A DNA stretch of 61,396 nt, filler included, from Hausera hauseri (GCA_046269625.1; 12 parts of 12 records of this genome joined end to end with filler, not necessarily neighbours in it), one strand, 5' to 3'; positions 41,101-54,608 are shown, counted from the whole stretch's first letter. Program-made: numbers and translations. Notes: generated by a model not told the origin, from the sequence alone.

Positions 41101-41985
41101 CTAACTCCACCTTTACAAAAGTTAGCTTTCTTCATACGCATTCAATCCATCATCCGGGTTCGAAAGCAACCTATCTCCTGCTTCAACGTCATGTAGTTTG
41201 GCCATCAATGCGCAAAGATGTACAGGGCTGGGTTAAAAAATGAGCTGCCTGTCAAAAATACAAAATCAACAAACATCTTAAACCGCCACTTTACCATTTC
41301 CCATGTCCATCACGCTTTCATACAGTTCATCTTGATTTCGTTGGCCCTTTACCTTCGGACAACGGATATTAATGTATCCTTACAATGATGGATCGTGATT
41401 CTCGCTGGCCTCAAGTCGTTCCTCTTCGTTCAACGAACACTAGTTCAGTAGCCGACGCCTTTATTAAAATCTGGATCAGTCGTTTTGGTTCCCCACGTTA
41501 TATAATAACGGATCAGGGTCCCAATTTGAATCGAAACTTTTAAAATAGCTTGTAAAGCACTTCGGGATATCCCATTTCCATAAAACTCCATATTATCCTC
41601 AAGCAAATGGCCTGCTTGAAAGGTTCCATCCAACAGCAAAAGATTCTTTAAAAATCTTAGCTGACACTCATCATAATTAGATGTCCATTCTACCATTTGT
41701 TCTACTAGGTTGGCGCAACACACCCTCTAGCACTACCGGTTGTGCTCCAGCCGAAGCACTCTTTGCGACTCCAATTCGGGCCTTATTTGAACTTTCTGAT
41801 CTCAACGACAACCTCACAGAGGAAAACATTCGTGCAGCACAATCTCACTTCGCCGAGGTCAGCTCAGATTCATTCTGTCGTCTCTTTAACAACAACAAAT
41901 TCTACATTCCGAAGGATTTATACTCCGCCAAGATTGTGTGACTGAAGGATCAATCACTTCGGGTTTTAGACCCCAATATATTGGC
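38161..41985 (+). mobile_element. Near-complete internal region of the same CsRn1-like gypsy family (gag-PR-RT-RH-INT), degraded
   Basis: Collinear with 15765-17915 and 3280-4948; IDSGA, YIDDILV, TDHKPL, NLVADFLSR, TDQG. Confidence 0.95.
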
Positions 41986-42340
41986 AGTAGTTGGAAGGGA
42001 GGAGTTTTCCCCAACCCCCCCCCCCCCAGGGAAGGAAGGAAACCAATAGGAGGAGAACACGTCATCACGGGGAAGGGAAACTGGCGAATGGGAAGAGGAC
42101 ACGTCATCGGGGGGAAGGAAGGAAGCCAATGGGATTAGAGGACGAATCAGAGAGCTTAGGGGCCAATTGGGTTTTTTCACCCCGGAACAAAGCGGTTTTC
42201 CTACCCTGGAACAAAGGGATTTTCCAACGCTGGAACAAAGGGGTTTTTCTACATTGAACAAAGCGGTTTTCCCTTTAATGAGAAAAGCATAAGAAATAAA
42301 AATTTATTTACATAAAATGGAATAATATCCATAGGCGACA
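41986..42340 (+). mobile_element. Polinton/Maverick terminal inverted repeat inserted in the gypsy integrase tail
   Basis: Begins AGTAGTT exactly where gypsy FRPQYIG breaks. Contains a poly-C tract, CCAAT and CACGTCA motifs, and 4 x ~24-bp GGAACAAAG repeats. Homolog at 50452. Confidence 0.75.
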
Positions 42341-42944
42341 NNNNNNNNNNNNNNNNNNNNNNNNNNNNNNNNNNNNNNNNNNNNTTAATTAATTAANNNN
42401 NNNNNNNNNNNNNNNNNNNNNNNNNNNNNNNNNNNNNNNNAATAAAGTATTCGATTGAATTTGTGGCCATAATAGATCCTCATGGTATTGTGGCAGGTTT
42501 CTGGCTCATGTATTGGAACCATACATTCTTGGTATAATTTGCACATCTAAAAACAAAATTATTTAACGACAACAAATACGAAAAGACTTATCATTCTGGA
42601 AAGTGATTTGCGGAACTGAATTTGGAAATAATGAAAAATATAGCTATGTCAGCACGCACTGTCTAATTTTGAGAATTGATGCGGTAAAACACACATATGC
42701 AAAATAATTTTGACGTATTAAAATACATGAAATAATGGTGGGGTAAATTCGGCAATGAATATTGTATAGCCAATGTGCATTTGTTTCAATGCATCAAATG
42801 CATGAATTTGTCACGTACCATTTTCTTGGTTTAGTTTTGCTGCATCAAGTATTTTAAATTATCGCGCACGCCATTTCCGAATATGTTATCGTACATGACG
42901 AATCGATTGGCAACATCATATTCTTTGAATAATGCACACATATT

Positions 42945-44180
42945 CGAATATTCGAGTTCGAATAGCTGATTATTCAAGTTTGAATATTCTTTTTGATCAT
43001 CTAACTTTTTATTTCGATGCAGCACATGCGACTTCCAATCCAGCTCCGCTATTAGATTTAACGATTTCCGCTTCATTGAACTTTGAATTCACATGATGCT
43101 TAATTCAAAATATTGATTTGGTATCTATATAGTACATTTTCATGACATAAATTTTATGCACATGGGGATTTTCCAATATAAGGAATCGATTTCCATCATC
43201 AGATTTTTCGAATAGTTCGAACTTTGATTTTCGATTTCGAAAATCCTCGAATATCGAACTATCAACTCGATATTCGAGTTCGGCATACTCGATTTCCTAT
43301 CTATCTCCGTTCAATGTTTGGTCAAATTTTGCTTTCTTACGCTTAAATAACACTGAAAAAATAACCATTTTGCACTTTCAATCGATATTAATTAATAACT
43401 AATCAATAAATTTAAATTCTAACTGCACGTTCATATATTACACCGTGTTTGTGTTCAAATGCACTCTGTGCCGAGTGCTAATCATCCATATTGGAAATAT
43501 CGGAAATTCGACATTATTGATTTTTGCACACATGTTTTTGCACTGCACACCATAGATAAGGTGCATTTCGATGTGCTCTATCTAACTACACTTGATCCCG
43601 TTCAATTTCATCAATTCTAAGCTGCACAGTTGCAAAAGTGCGTAAAGTGAAAAAGTGCTCCTGTACACCGATCAATAATCACAGCACACTCGATTTGTGC
43701 ACTGATTGAAAGTGTATCGTCTATTGCACGCGCCTGTATATGTGTCATTTTGATATCTTTGATTTAAGATTTATACCGGAAAGGCCTATGGCGGTTTGGC
43801 CGCACTTGCGGATTATTTGAAAAACAATCAATCGTTTTAAATTCTAACTGCACATTCATATACAGCATCAAATGCACTACCGATTGCACCCGGTCCCGAA
43901 TTCTAATGATCGATTTTTGAAATCTCGAAAATCCAATATTATTGATTTTTGACACTTGCACATGTGCTGCACACTTGCCCTGTGCACCAGTCGATGCATC
44001 TCAATGTGCTCTATCGATTAGAACTTTGTACCGATCGATTCGATGAACAGTGCATTGTGCAGCGATTGATATGTTAAAAGTGCAAAATGTGCATAGCAAT
44101 GGCGCTATATCAATCGGCAAATGTGCAAAATTGATTTATCGATTACCCCTCCCTCCGGGGTGGGCAGAATCGCCATTTTA
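42945..44180. repeat. Common region copy 4 (most complete), directly upstream of pPolB
   Basis: TCGA-rich block, two TTTAAATTCTAACTGCAC subunits (~43410 and ~43836), ACCCC..GGGGT hairpin, CAGAATCGCCATTTT. Confidence 0.9.
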
Positions 44181-44526
44181 TTACAACTCTGGTAATATAC
44201 ATTCACCAGAATCATGCGAATAAACCGTGTCAATCTACTATGGTGCAAAAATCGGCGGATGTCAATTTTATATATGCCCAACCTGTGAGGTGATTTCGTG
44301 ATTACATTTCAATGCGTTTCGACAACAACATCGATGTTATCTGTCATACTTTAGGAAACCGAAAAAATATCGTTCGAGAACACAAATATATGATAAACAT
44401 GGCCAAACAATTTGTATTAGACCAACAATTTCCAACAACACATCAACCAGCCAAGCGAGCAAACAACCAGACTAAAGAGTCCATTCCCATGAAAAAACAA
44501 AGACTGCAAAATCAAACTCTAAAAAT

Positions 44527-47500
44527 TTGAAACTTAATGTACAATCTGTTTTTGCTAATAATTATTTGAGTTTCTGTTTTTATGTTTTGCCCGACTATCT
44601 TATTTCTACTCGACCGCCTAAAGAGATTCTAACTACTTTACAAATGTACACTTCTCGGTTTCCATCTTGTAAGATTCAGTATGGTCTTGAAATTCTTTTT
44701 GAAAATTCTGAAGGTGACTTTAAGGAGGCATATATTTCACACAGAGCTGTACAATATAAGCAATCTTACCGGCAATCGGTAGCTGATAGTTTAAGTAAAC
44801 AAATTGAGAATTTTTCCGAAATGGGTAGTGGGTGGAAGCTTGTGAAAATTCTTAAATACAGTTTTCATATAGTGAAAACAAGACCACCACCTTATTTGTC
44901 TGGCAAGTCCTATATTCCTACATCTGACGCTTTAAATTTCGCAAAGGCCGTTATTAATGTGCAAAATGACGATATTTTGTGTTTCTTATACTCCATTCTT
45001 GCAGTCACCAAGTATTCTTATATCAATCATAATAGATTTAGAGTTGGAATTTACACTCCTTATTTAAGCGCGTTGAAATATTCTGTCGATGATATGCCGA
45101 TGAAAATATGCAACATAGGTAAATTTGAAAGACAAAATCCACAGTTGTCAATTAATGTTTTTCTGTTTTGTGAGGTGGACGATGTGGATTTTGATGAAAA
45201 TATAGTAAAACATTTATTTGTTGATATTTTGTATCGCAGCAAAAATCCCAATGGTACTGTAGTTAACTTACTGATTCTTGAGAATGGTGATCACTTTCAC
45301 TATGTTGCTATCCCTAACTTGAATCGCCGGTTAAACGTACAATCTAAAAACATAAGAATTCAATGTAAACATTGGTGTGAAAAAGGTTTACACAGCTTTA
45401 GATACGACACTGCTTATGCTAAGCATTTACCAATGTGTATGTGTAATTCTAAATGCATGACTTTGTATAAAATGCCAGAAAATAAGTTTTGTGAGTTTAA
45501 GGACTATGCAAAATTCATAAGTCCTCCTTTCGTTGTATATCCTGATTTTGAATCGGTTCTTTGCCCTGACGATAAGGTTAAACATATTCATTTGCCTGCT
45601 GCAGCTGGCCTTCTCTTAGTGTCCCCATCAGATATTAAATATAGGCAATTTGTTGTTGAAAATTCTATAGTCGAATTTTTAGCTTGTCTGGAGGATATAA
45701 TGAAAACCTTAGTTTTTCCTTTCTAAGAGAATGCAAAAAAATCGATGATTCTGTTAACTTCTGAATCGTCTCGTTTTAAAAATGCAACAACTTGTTACCT
45801 CTGTCATGAAACCGGTTCTCAATTTGGTTGAGATCACTGTCATGTTACGGGTAAATTCTTAGGCACTGCTTGCAACAAATGTAACTTATCACGTCAGGTC
45901 AGATTCAATTTACCTGTTATGTTTCATAACTTGCGTGGATATTACCTGTATCATACCTTGAAATACGCATTGAGTAAATTCGGAAGTTGGGAATTTAGTA
46001 TTATTCCACAAACAACAGAGAAGTTCCTAACAATGAATGCAATGATCCGCTGTTCAGGTAAAAAGTCAGTTACTATTAAATTTCTAGACACTTTGCAATT
46101 TCTATCGGCTTAACTGAAGACTTTAGCTTCAAAATTAGATTGTTACCCATTTACTGAGTCGTCTTTTCCTTCTGAAATTATTAATGGAAAAGGTATTTTT
46201 TCATATACTGCAGCCAAATCTTTCACTGACTTGCAGTCTATTAAGGAATTGTCGCCAAAATTGGATGTGGTTAGTGATACGTAAGCACAACTGGCTTGGA
46301 CGAAATACAGTTGTACCTGTCTTTTAGATTACGTGTTGGTATACATGAAACTCGAGGTATACTTGTTAGTCTGTTTTTGAGCGGTTTAGAAAAGAGGTTA
46401 AGTTGCAGGATGATTTAGAGGCAGTTAGTATCGTTTAAATTCCGGGTTTATCTAGGGCGACAGCATTAAAATCAAGTTCTTGTAAGATTGAGCTTATATA
46501 GGATCCTGAAATGTATCCGTTCTTTCAATCAGGTATTCGCGGCGGTATGATTTTTGTAAATAAGCATAAGGTTGTAACAGATGAAAGCACCAGTCTCTTG
46601 TATATAGATGTAAATAATCTCTATTGCTGGGCTTTATCTCAACCTCTGCCATTTGTGAATTTGACTTGGATATACGATGAGGACACATTAACAAGCCTGA
46701 CTGAGCAATTGCCTTTTATTAACACTGTTAGGGAAAAACGAGGCTTAGTTTTGAAGTCGACTTGAGCATTCCGGAAGACAAACATGGTAACTTTGATTAA
46801 CTACCTCTAGTCCCTATCAACCGATGTCCTCCTGGCTCTAAAGTAAAGAAATTTTCAGTGACACATGAGCGTAAGTATACTATATTGTTCACTACAGGCT
46901 CTTACAGTTATGCATCGAGTTAGGCGCTGTAGTTGAAAAGGTTCATCGGACTGTTGAGTTTGATCAGGAATACGTTTTTAAGGATTACATAGATATAAAT
47001 ATTGAAAAGAGGGCTGCAGAAAATAATCCTTTTGAAAAAGACTTCTTTAGGCTTAATAATAATATCTTATATTGGAAAACAATCGAAATTCTGCTAAAAA
47101 TATCAATCCTTAGACTGTGCAATAATGCTAAAAGCTTAGTTACATATGCTAGTAAGGCCCAGTTTAAAGAGAGCATTATAGTAGTCGATGATCTGGTTGC
47201 CGTTCTTCTCGATAAAGACATGGTCACCTTAGATAGGCCCTCATACATTGGTCTGGTTGTTCTGAATCTATCCAAATTATGAATGTATAAAATGAATTAC
47301 ATAGAGTTGTAGTCATATAGGCACCAGTTTTAGTGTGAACTTAATGTTTTTTCCGGTGACACTGACAGTTTCTTTCTTGAATGTCGCGGTGTTGATTTGC
47401 GAACACAGCTCTTACCGGCAATGATAGCCAATGAATAGTTGGACACTTTGAACTATGACAAGAGTGATCCACTGTACTCGACTCGTTTCGCGTCTGTAAT

Positions 47501-47834
47501 TGGAAGATTTAAAGACGAAAGTAAGAGCTACGTTGAATATCAAGAGTCAATTTTCCTACGGCCGAAATTCTATGCCCTCAAAACCCAAACGAAACCAGTC
47601 CTCAAATGCAAGGGCGTCGATCTCAAACAGTCCGATTTGCAGTTCAGCAACTACTTACAATCATACGAAACCGGTTGCAGTACCATGGTGGATCAGGAGC
47701 GAATTGGCACCAAAAATCACCAGCCGATGACAATCCATTCGAGAATAAAGGCGTTGGATCCATTTGATGACAAACGTCAGTGGATAACAAAGAACAAAAA
47801 TGTCTCATATGGACATTATTGTACAAATGTGTAA
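44527..47834 (+). pseudogene. Protein-primed family B DNA polymerase (Polinton type) with vOTU-like and endonuclease-VII-like segments
   Basis: GSGW; INVQNDDILCFLYS...HYVAI; VYPDFES (ExoI); V*DHCHVTGKFLGTACNKCN; FHNLRGY; KGIF; IRGG; YIDVNNLY; NNILYGK-like; GDTDSFF; GRFKDE; LRPKFY; DDKR. Confidence 0.95.
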
Positions 47835-47979
47835 ACATTTACTGTGTGCATATTTTCTGATTTATTTGTATGTTATAAATAAAATTTTATTGCATTTTTT
47901 ACGTTATTACATACAAGCATGATTATCTTTGCATGTAAACTACATTTTGAGTGATTTTTGGTTTAAACAATAGCTATTG

Positions 47980-48389
47980 ACTAGGGGTACATGACAATGA
48001 AAAAATATTCGAAAAGTATTTGAAAATCGAGTTTTTTCCAAAAAATGGAAATCGATAATTTTGATTTTATTTGATAGAGGATATTTTCCTGATCCCGACA
48101 AACTTTATCGCAGGTCACTACGACGTTTCGGGGCTGAGATATTGTGTTTTGAATATTTTGAGCACTGAAAATCCAATTTTATTTTAAAGTCTAAATCGTC
48201 GATTTTAATTGGAGTCGATAGAGAATTTTTTTCTGCATCTAACCCACTTGATTGCGGGTCATTATGATTTTTCGTTGCGGAGATATTTCATTTTGAAAAT
48301 TTTTTTCGAAATAATCGAATCGTTATGTATTCGAATGGATAAGTCATATTGACTTGCGACCTTTACCAGTCGATAGAGCTCAAAAAACT
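47980..48389. repeat. Degenerate ~150-bp tandem subrepeats (GATAGAG anchors), transposon subterminal-like
   Basis: GATAGAG at about 48073, 48217 and 48372 with similar flanks. Confidence 0.45.
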
Positions 48390-48489
48390 NNNNNNNNNNN
48401 NNNNNNNNNNNNNNNNNNNNNNNNNNNNNNNNNTTAATTAATTAANNNNNNNNNNNNNNNNNNNNNNNNNNNNNNNNNNNNNNNNNNNN

Positions 48490-50306
48490 AACGTTGTCAT
48501 CTGTGTTTCTCTAAAAATTGTCACTGCAACCGTCGTTTTCCCGTACACTATCATTGCATTTTGGTTTGCGCATAATATTCTGCAATCGTTTGTTTTTGTC
48601 AGCTTTGCCGTTTTTATTTTGTCGAAGACTCTTTTGTCAAAACGTTTGTGTCAACTCCCGTATCCAGTAAACCTTTAAATTCCTGACCGTTCATTTTTAA
48701 CCATACGCTAGGCCTTACTTGAAAATCATCGTAGTCGATTTTTTCAGTTGAAATCGCACTTAGCACTTCGTCATTGATGTTTCCATAATCCTTGGTCTAA
48801 ACTTCAATGATTTCCCTGTCATCAGATTCTCTAAGAAATTCGTCAGTAATATCTGTAATGTATACGCTACTACAATAGTTTAACACTTCAGGGTGTTCGG
48901 GGTTCGATTCATAAACTGTACTATAACTACTATTACTATTTTTACTATATTTACAGTTAAATATACTACTTTTACTATTTTTTTGTTTAACTACACTACA
49001 ATTTTTTTCTACACTACGATAAAGTTTAATAATTGAGTTACTTAGCATGCTACCTCTGTCTTTCTTGACATGGGAGCACGGTCGTTTCCCGATCGGTTTG
49101 TTTCGTTGTCGGATGTACCGTCTTACGACGAAACACTAAGTGGCCGTGGATATCGTTCGACGATCGACTCTTTCGTAGGTCTGCCGGAGTCGGTATATTC
49201 AACGTATTGCATATTACGATAGATCGCATTCGTCGTGTATTCGCGTTGTTCACGGCGTCTTTGGTAGCACTGCGATCCCAGGTGCCCGTTTCTTCTGCAG
49301 TGCGGGCATTTCACATATGGGCAGTCTTTCCAAATGTGGCCTTCTTCGTGGCATGCGTAGCAGCGTCTGCCTATTCCTTTGTTTTGTTTACTATTAGGCA
49401 GTCTCTTCTGATATGCCCTTCTCTGTGGCAATGCCAGCATTCTGTCTGTTTTTGGAATTTGATTTGTGGTTTCCGTTTCTCGGCCGGCTGTCGTCTTGTT
49501 GTTCGTTTGTTGTTCCAACCATATACGTTGTGCGCTTTTTATTGGGCCACACTTGCGTAAGACAGCGGTGCATGACTCTGTCCAAAATTCGCACCCTGAT
49601 GTATCCTTTCTGTACTTTGCTGTTTATAAGGTTGCGACCCCACTGAATGTAGTCCTTCCTTGTTGTCCACTTCACGAAGTTTTTCGATCTTTCGCATGAC
49701 GTCTCGAAAGTGTTCTACGAATTTTGCTTCACATGTACTGAATTCTTTCTTGGTTTCCCTGTCGTCCATTCAATGAACTAGAAAGGTTTTCACCATTTCT
49801 TCTTTCGACATGTCGTGTTGCAAGAGCTTCTCAACGAGCTCTTGTACTTTTATCAGGTATACTTCAATGTCGTCTGTGCCTTTCCAGTAACTTAGCAGTT
49901 TTGACATATCTTTTGTGACCGACAGCGGTTTGCTGCAGGTTTTGTGCAGTCTGTATTCCGAATTTGTTGTTTTCCTTGCCGCTTTGGTCTCTATTTAAAA
50001 CGATCTGCCGTGTTCAGATGGGAGTATTTTGTACACGATCCAATATTCCTCTTCGTTGAATAGCGTTATTCTCTTTACTGACTCGGTGAAATCGATCCAT
50101 TCCTGAAAGTCTTTAATAAATTTTTTTAGGTTCCTCTGTTCTAGCTGGGGTAGGTCAGCCATGTTAGAGTTGAGATATGCGAAAAAACGCGGAGTCTGTG
50201 AAACACCATTTATTTCAACGTCATGTTGTACATTAAAACTGAATTCTCCTTCATCGAGTTGGTGATTTGGCCGTTTGATAATTTCTTCGGATTGCATTGT
50301 TGTCAA
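48490..50306 (-). mobile_element. Second LTR-retrotransposon family: gag with three CCHC knuckles + protease, degraded
   Basis: CWHCHREGHIRRDC, CYACHEEGHIWKDC, CPHCRRNGHLGSQC; protease GLLDTG. Confidence 0.8.
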
Positions 50307-50451
50307 AAGTCCAAATAAAAAATTCTAACGCCTTATTTGATAAAAAGAAACAAATTTTTAATTTATATAATTTTTTGTTGGCGTTCATTTAACAAAAACG
50401 CCCTTTTTATAAAATTGAAAATATGTTTTACGAAAGTTAATGATTAATACA

Positions 50452-50550
50452 AGTAGTTAGATGTAAGGAGTTCGCACCAAAGCCCCCCCCCGGGGAAGGA
50501 AGGAAACCAATAGGAGGAGAACACGTCATCGGGGGACGTGAAACTGGTGT
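50452..50550 (+). mobile_element. Second Polinton-like TIR fragment
   Basis: AGTAGTT...C-tract GGGGAAGGAAGGAAACCAATAGGAGGAGAACACGTCATC, shared with 42017-42066. Confidence 0.75.
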
Positions 50551-51289
50551 AGAAACAAATTTGAATTCCAAAAAATCTACTTACGAAATTGGACGACGAC
50601 AGAAATTATTCGATGAAAATAATGACCATGCAATCGATTCCATCAGATGATCAATTCATTGATTAATCCATCCTTGTCAAAGGCTATCCAATTGAATTCT
50701 TATTAAATACTGGATAATCTGTCACCTTTATTACTCATCATTTTATTGGCCAGTTGTGTAATGGATTGCCGTTAAAATTCTTCTTACGATAATCAATAAT
50801 TGTGGCCAATGAAAAATTCCATCAATTTAGTCTTCTACCAAACACTCTGAATTGACTTCTGAATTAAACTGCAAACATGGTATTGATATGTGCCAAATTC
50901 GAATTACAAACTTTGTTCATTACCATTTACATGAATCGGCGTAAACCAGCACCAGACGAATATGGAGTAAGAAATTATGATTATATAAAAGGCACAAGGT
51001 CAGAAATTGTGTTACTTTTTGACTTTTTTGATAATTTTACTAAGCCGAAACTGTGCAGGATCGGTATCTGCTAAAACAAATGTACAAAAACACAACATAA
51101 AATTTTTCAACAAACATTCAACACCTTTTCAGTATAATATCTTTTGAGTTGTCGAGTGCATCTAGCTATTCACTACAGACTACAGGATTCGCCGTCTTAA
51201 AACCTATAAGAAAAGAGAATCGATTACAGTCAGCAATACAAACAATTAAAAAATAACTAAAATTACAAATGAATATCGATTATGCTATG

Positions 51290-53190
51290 AATTGAAAAGA
51301 GCGCAATTTATTTGGAATCTACAAGAATATTCTCGAGTAGTCTTACGAACGATGTTTTTACAGTTTACAATGGTTCAACGAGATTTGAGCGAACCAAATG
51401 TTTCTTGAACAATTAGTCAAGCCATCTGCGTCGAAGCCAGTCCCAATGTAAATGCAATCGAAGAAAATACAAAGTGAAAAAGGAAATTCGATTTCAAATT
51501 AACAAAAGGCACACGTCATTTTTCTTTGTTTGGCAAATTATATAATCATTACAATTTGGGTTATGATATTTTCCATTTTATGACGAAGTGAAAGGAAATG
51601 TGATAAAGGCACACAACATTTATCTAGAAGAATCAAAATTAATTTACCAGTGGTTTTTCATAATCTCCGAGGATATGATTTACATCATATTCTCAAATAT
51701 GCAATGAATTAATTGACTGATTGGAACTTGAAGTCTATGGAAAATTTTAGTCTCCAATTGTATGAATAAAATCACTTACAATTAGATTTATTGATTCATA
51801 TCAATTTATAAATGTATCGTTAGCTTCATTAGTGAAAAATTTACAGCAGTATCTCAATAACAAATTCAGCATTTACTAGCAGCTTGATACATGGAAAAGG
51901 TATATTCCCATATGATTTGGCAACATCTAGAGAAGTTTTGAAAAAATTACTGAACATCCTCCAAATGGAATTGAGTAACCGATCTTGAACATGAATATAC
52001 CCAGGATGTCTGGAGAAAATGGGCTGTAAGAATGTTATGGACTATATGTTGTTACATCAGAAACTAGATGTATATTTATTAGCTGATATTTTTGAAACAG
52101 AGGGAAAAATCACTGAAAGAAGATCAGTTGGATGCCATTAATTTTTCCAGTGTTCCCGTCCTATCATGGACATCACCTCTAAAATTATGGGATCATACAA
52201 CTGAATTGCTTTAACGTCCAGAATTGCAGTTTGTCGAAAGGGGAATCCGAGATGGCATGACCTTTATTAATTAGCATCATATAGTAGATAATGACAAAAA
52301 CAGAACTTTTGTATATTGATGTGAATAATTTGTATGGATGGGTTCTCAGTCAAAAACGTCAATAGATCGTAGATGAAGAAAAAATGAATGATTTTAACAA
52401 ACATCAATGAAATAGATCATGATGGACAGTATAGTTATGTTCTTGAAGTGAATTTGCAGGTCCCATTGAAATACAAGAATTTTTGTATGATTTGCCAATA
52501 GCTCCAGAACAAATGCATTTTCCCCGTTCAAAAGCTAAAAAAGTGCTGTTGACACATTGGAATAAGTCTAACTATGTTATAACCAACTAATAACCGAGGT
52601 TCACAGGATAATCAAATACAAACAGAATTATATATTAAAAATTATATAGACTCAAATTCTGGGAAACGAGCAAGGGCTACGAATGCATTTGTCAAGGACT
52701 TTTATAAGTAAAAAAGAATGCGTTATATATGGCAAATCAGTTGAAAATTTGAAAAGAAGGAAGAACATATGAATATGTAATACTGCTAAATATGTAGTTA
52801 CATATTATCGTAAGTTAACACTTAAAAAATCAATTAAGATTGTGGATAATTTAATAGCAGTATTACTGAATAGGGAAAAAGTGTGCATGAATAGACCCAG
52901 TTACATTGGTCAAGTCGTATTGGATTTGAGTAAATTTCGAATGTATCTGTTACAGTACACAGAACTGTCAAAATATAGAAAGGAATTTAATTGCAAAATC
53001 AATTTAGTAGCAGGTGAAACAGATTCTTTCTTTTTGGAATATGAGAATGTTAGTCTGGAATGTCAGTTACTCCTAGCAATGCTATGTAATGAACTATTTG
53101 ATTCAAATAATGATAACAAGTCTCATGCTTTATATTGAAACAAATTTGCGAGTCAAATTGGTAAATTTAAAGATGAAGGTGAGGGACGAA
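51290..53190 (+). pseudogene. Second Polinton pPolB, heavily degraded
   Basis: VFHNLRGYDLHHILKYA, FIDSYQF, GKGIFPY, LYIDVNNLYGW, NRPSYIGQVVLDLSKFRMY, GETDSFF, GKFKDE. Confidence 0.92.
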
Positions 53191-53699
53191 TTGATTTTAC
53201 AGGTTATGGTTAGTTTTATGACAAGGACTGTAGTTAATTTAATCACAGTTACTGTCGAAATATCTGAAAAGTTAATAAAAATTATATTTGTAAGTAATTT
53301 ATAGTATGATGGAAAAATATTTTTATAAAATATCCTATAGGATTCTTTTGGCGCAACATATTAAATTATAAATAAGAATAATGTTGCAGAATTTGTTTAA
53401 CGTTCTAATATGTCGATCTTACTAAGATCTTCATCACAGAACATCGGTCGGCCAGACATTTCGACACGAACTAAACAATGTCTACTCATCTTTTTGAACC
53501 TCGCACACACAATATGTTGTACTCTAGGTATATGCAACTGTAACAATTGTAAACGTTACTAAAAATGGCTCATAAAAATCTTGAAAAAATCTTAACCAAA
53601 CGATCAGTGCATATTTTTGACTAAAATTTATTGAGTCACTGCAATCCTTTGTATAAATCAGGGCTGCATAGTATTGGTCAGTAATCGTTTTAAAAACAG

Positions 53700-54150
53700 G
53701 TGGCAGTAATAAAAACATGTTATCGAAAACCAGTCGGTAATTGCCTAAAACCAATGACATTTTCACATTCCAATTGCATGTGAATTAACCAAAATGGAGA
53801 AACAATTAAAAGACAAATGTACTCCATAAAACTATTATTCCTATTTTATTGCAATGCCAAATGGTCTTCTGTCATGCAGATTTGTTAACAGGAACCTTAA
53901 TTCCGATGGCCATATAAAGTTATTGAGGGGGTTCTTTGTGCCAATCATGAAATTCAATTACGGCGATAAATTTGTTTTCCAGCAAAACAATTTTCCAGTG
54001 CGCATTAGTAAAATTGAACTGCTGACGCGGCTATCAAAGAAGTCCGATTTAAATTTAGTTGAAAACTGTTGGAAAATAATGAGATTGCGTGTACGATAGT
54101 GTCCAGTTTCAAACTAAAGTAAAAATGGAAAACAAAATTGCCGAAGTCAT
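53700..54150 (+). mobile_element. Tc1/mariner transposase remnant
   Basis: FVFQQNNFP...SKKSDLNLVENCWKIM corresponds to QDNA...SPDLNPIENxW. Confidence 0.7.
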
Positions 54151-54608
54151 TAAAGGTATAAATATGAATGATAGATAAAAAGTTATCAATCTTTCGAAAT
54201 TCCAGACGTAAACTTTTTCAAATTCTTGAAAAACACGAAAATTTGTGCAATGTATAATTAGTTATATATGTTTTAATAAATGTATTAAAAATATGACTTT
54301 TCTATTAAAAATTTTAAATATCTACAAATATTTTGTAAACGATGATTGTTATAATTAAAATTAATGAATAAAAAATAAATATGCTACATTTTCAATTTTC
54401 TGCGTTATTTTCAAAACGTTATTTATCTTTTCTTTTTGATAAACTGATTGTTGGTTTCAAAGTAAAATGTTGTAACAGAATCCGCTTTTTTCCTAACGAA
54501 CTTCCTTCNNNNNNNNNNNNNNNNNNNNNNNNNNNNNNNNNNNNNNNNNNNNTTAATTAATTAANNNNNNNNNNNNNNNNNNNNNNNNNNNNNNNNNNNN
54601 NNNNNNNN

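Noticed and set aside
41886-42261. Overlapping short ORFs with repeated peptides
   Set aside because: Translations of the TIR and its 24-bp repeats
42831-43961. ORFs inside the common region (also 34117-34374 and 36996-37244)
   Set aside because: Their similarity follows the DNA repeat; frames and stops are not conserved among copies
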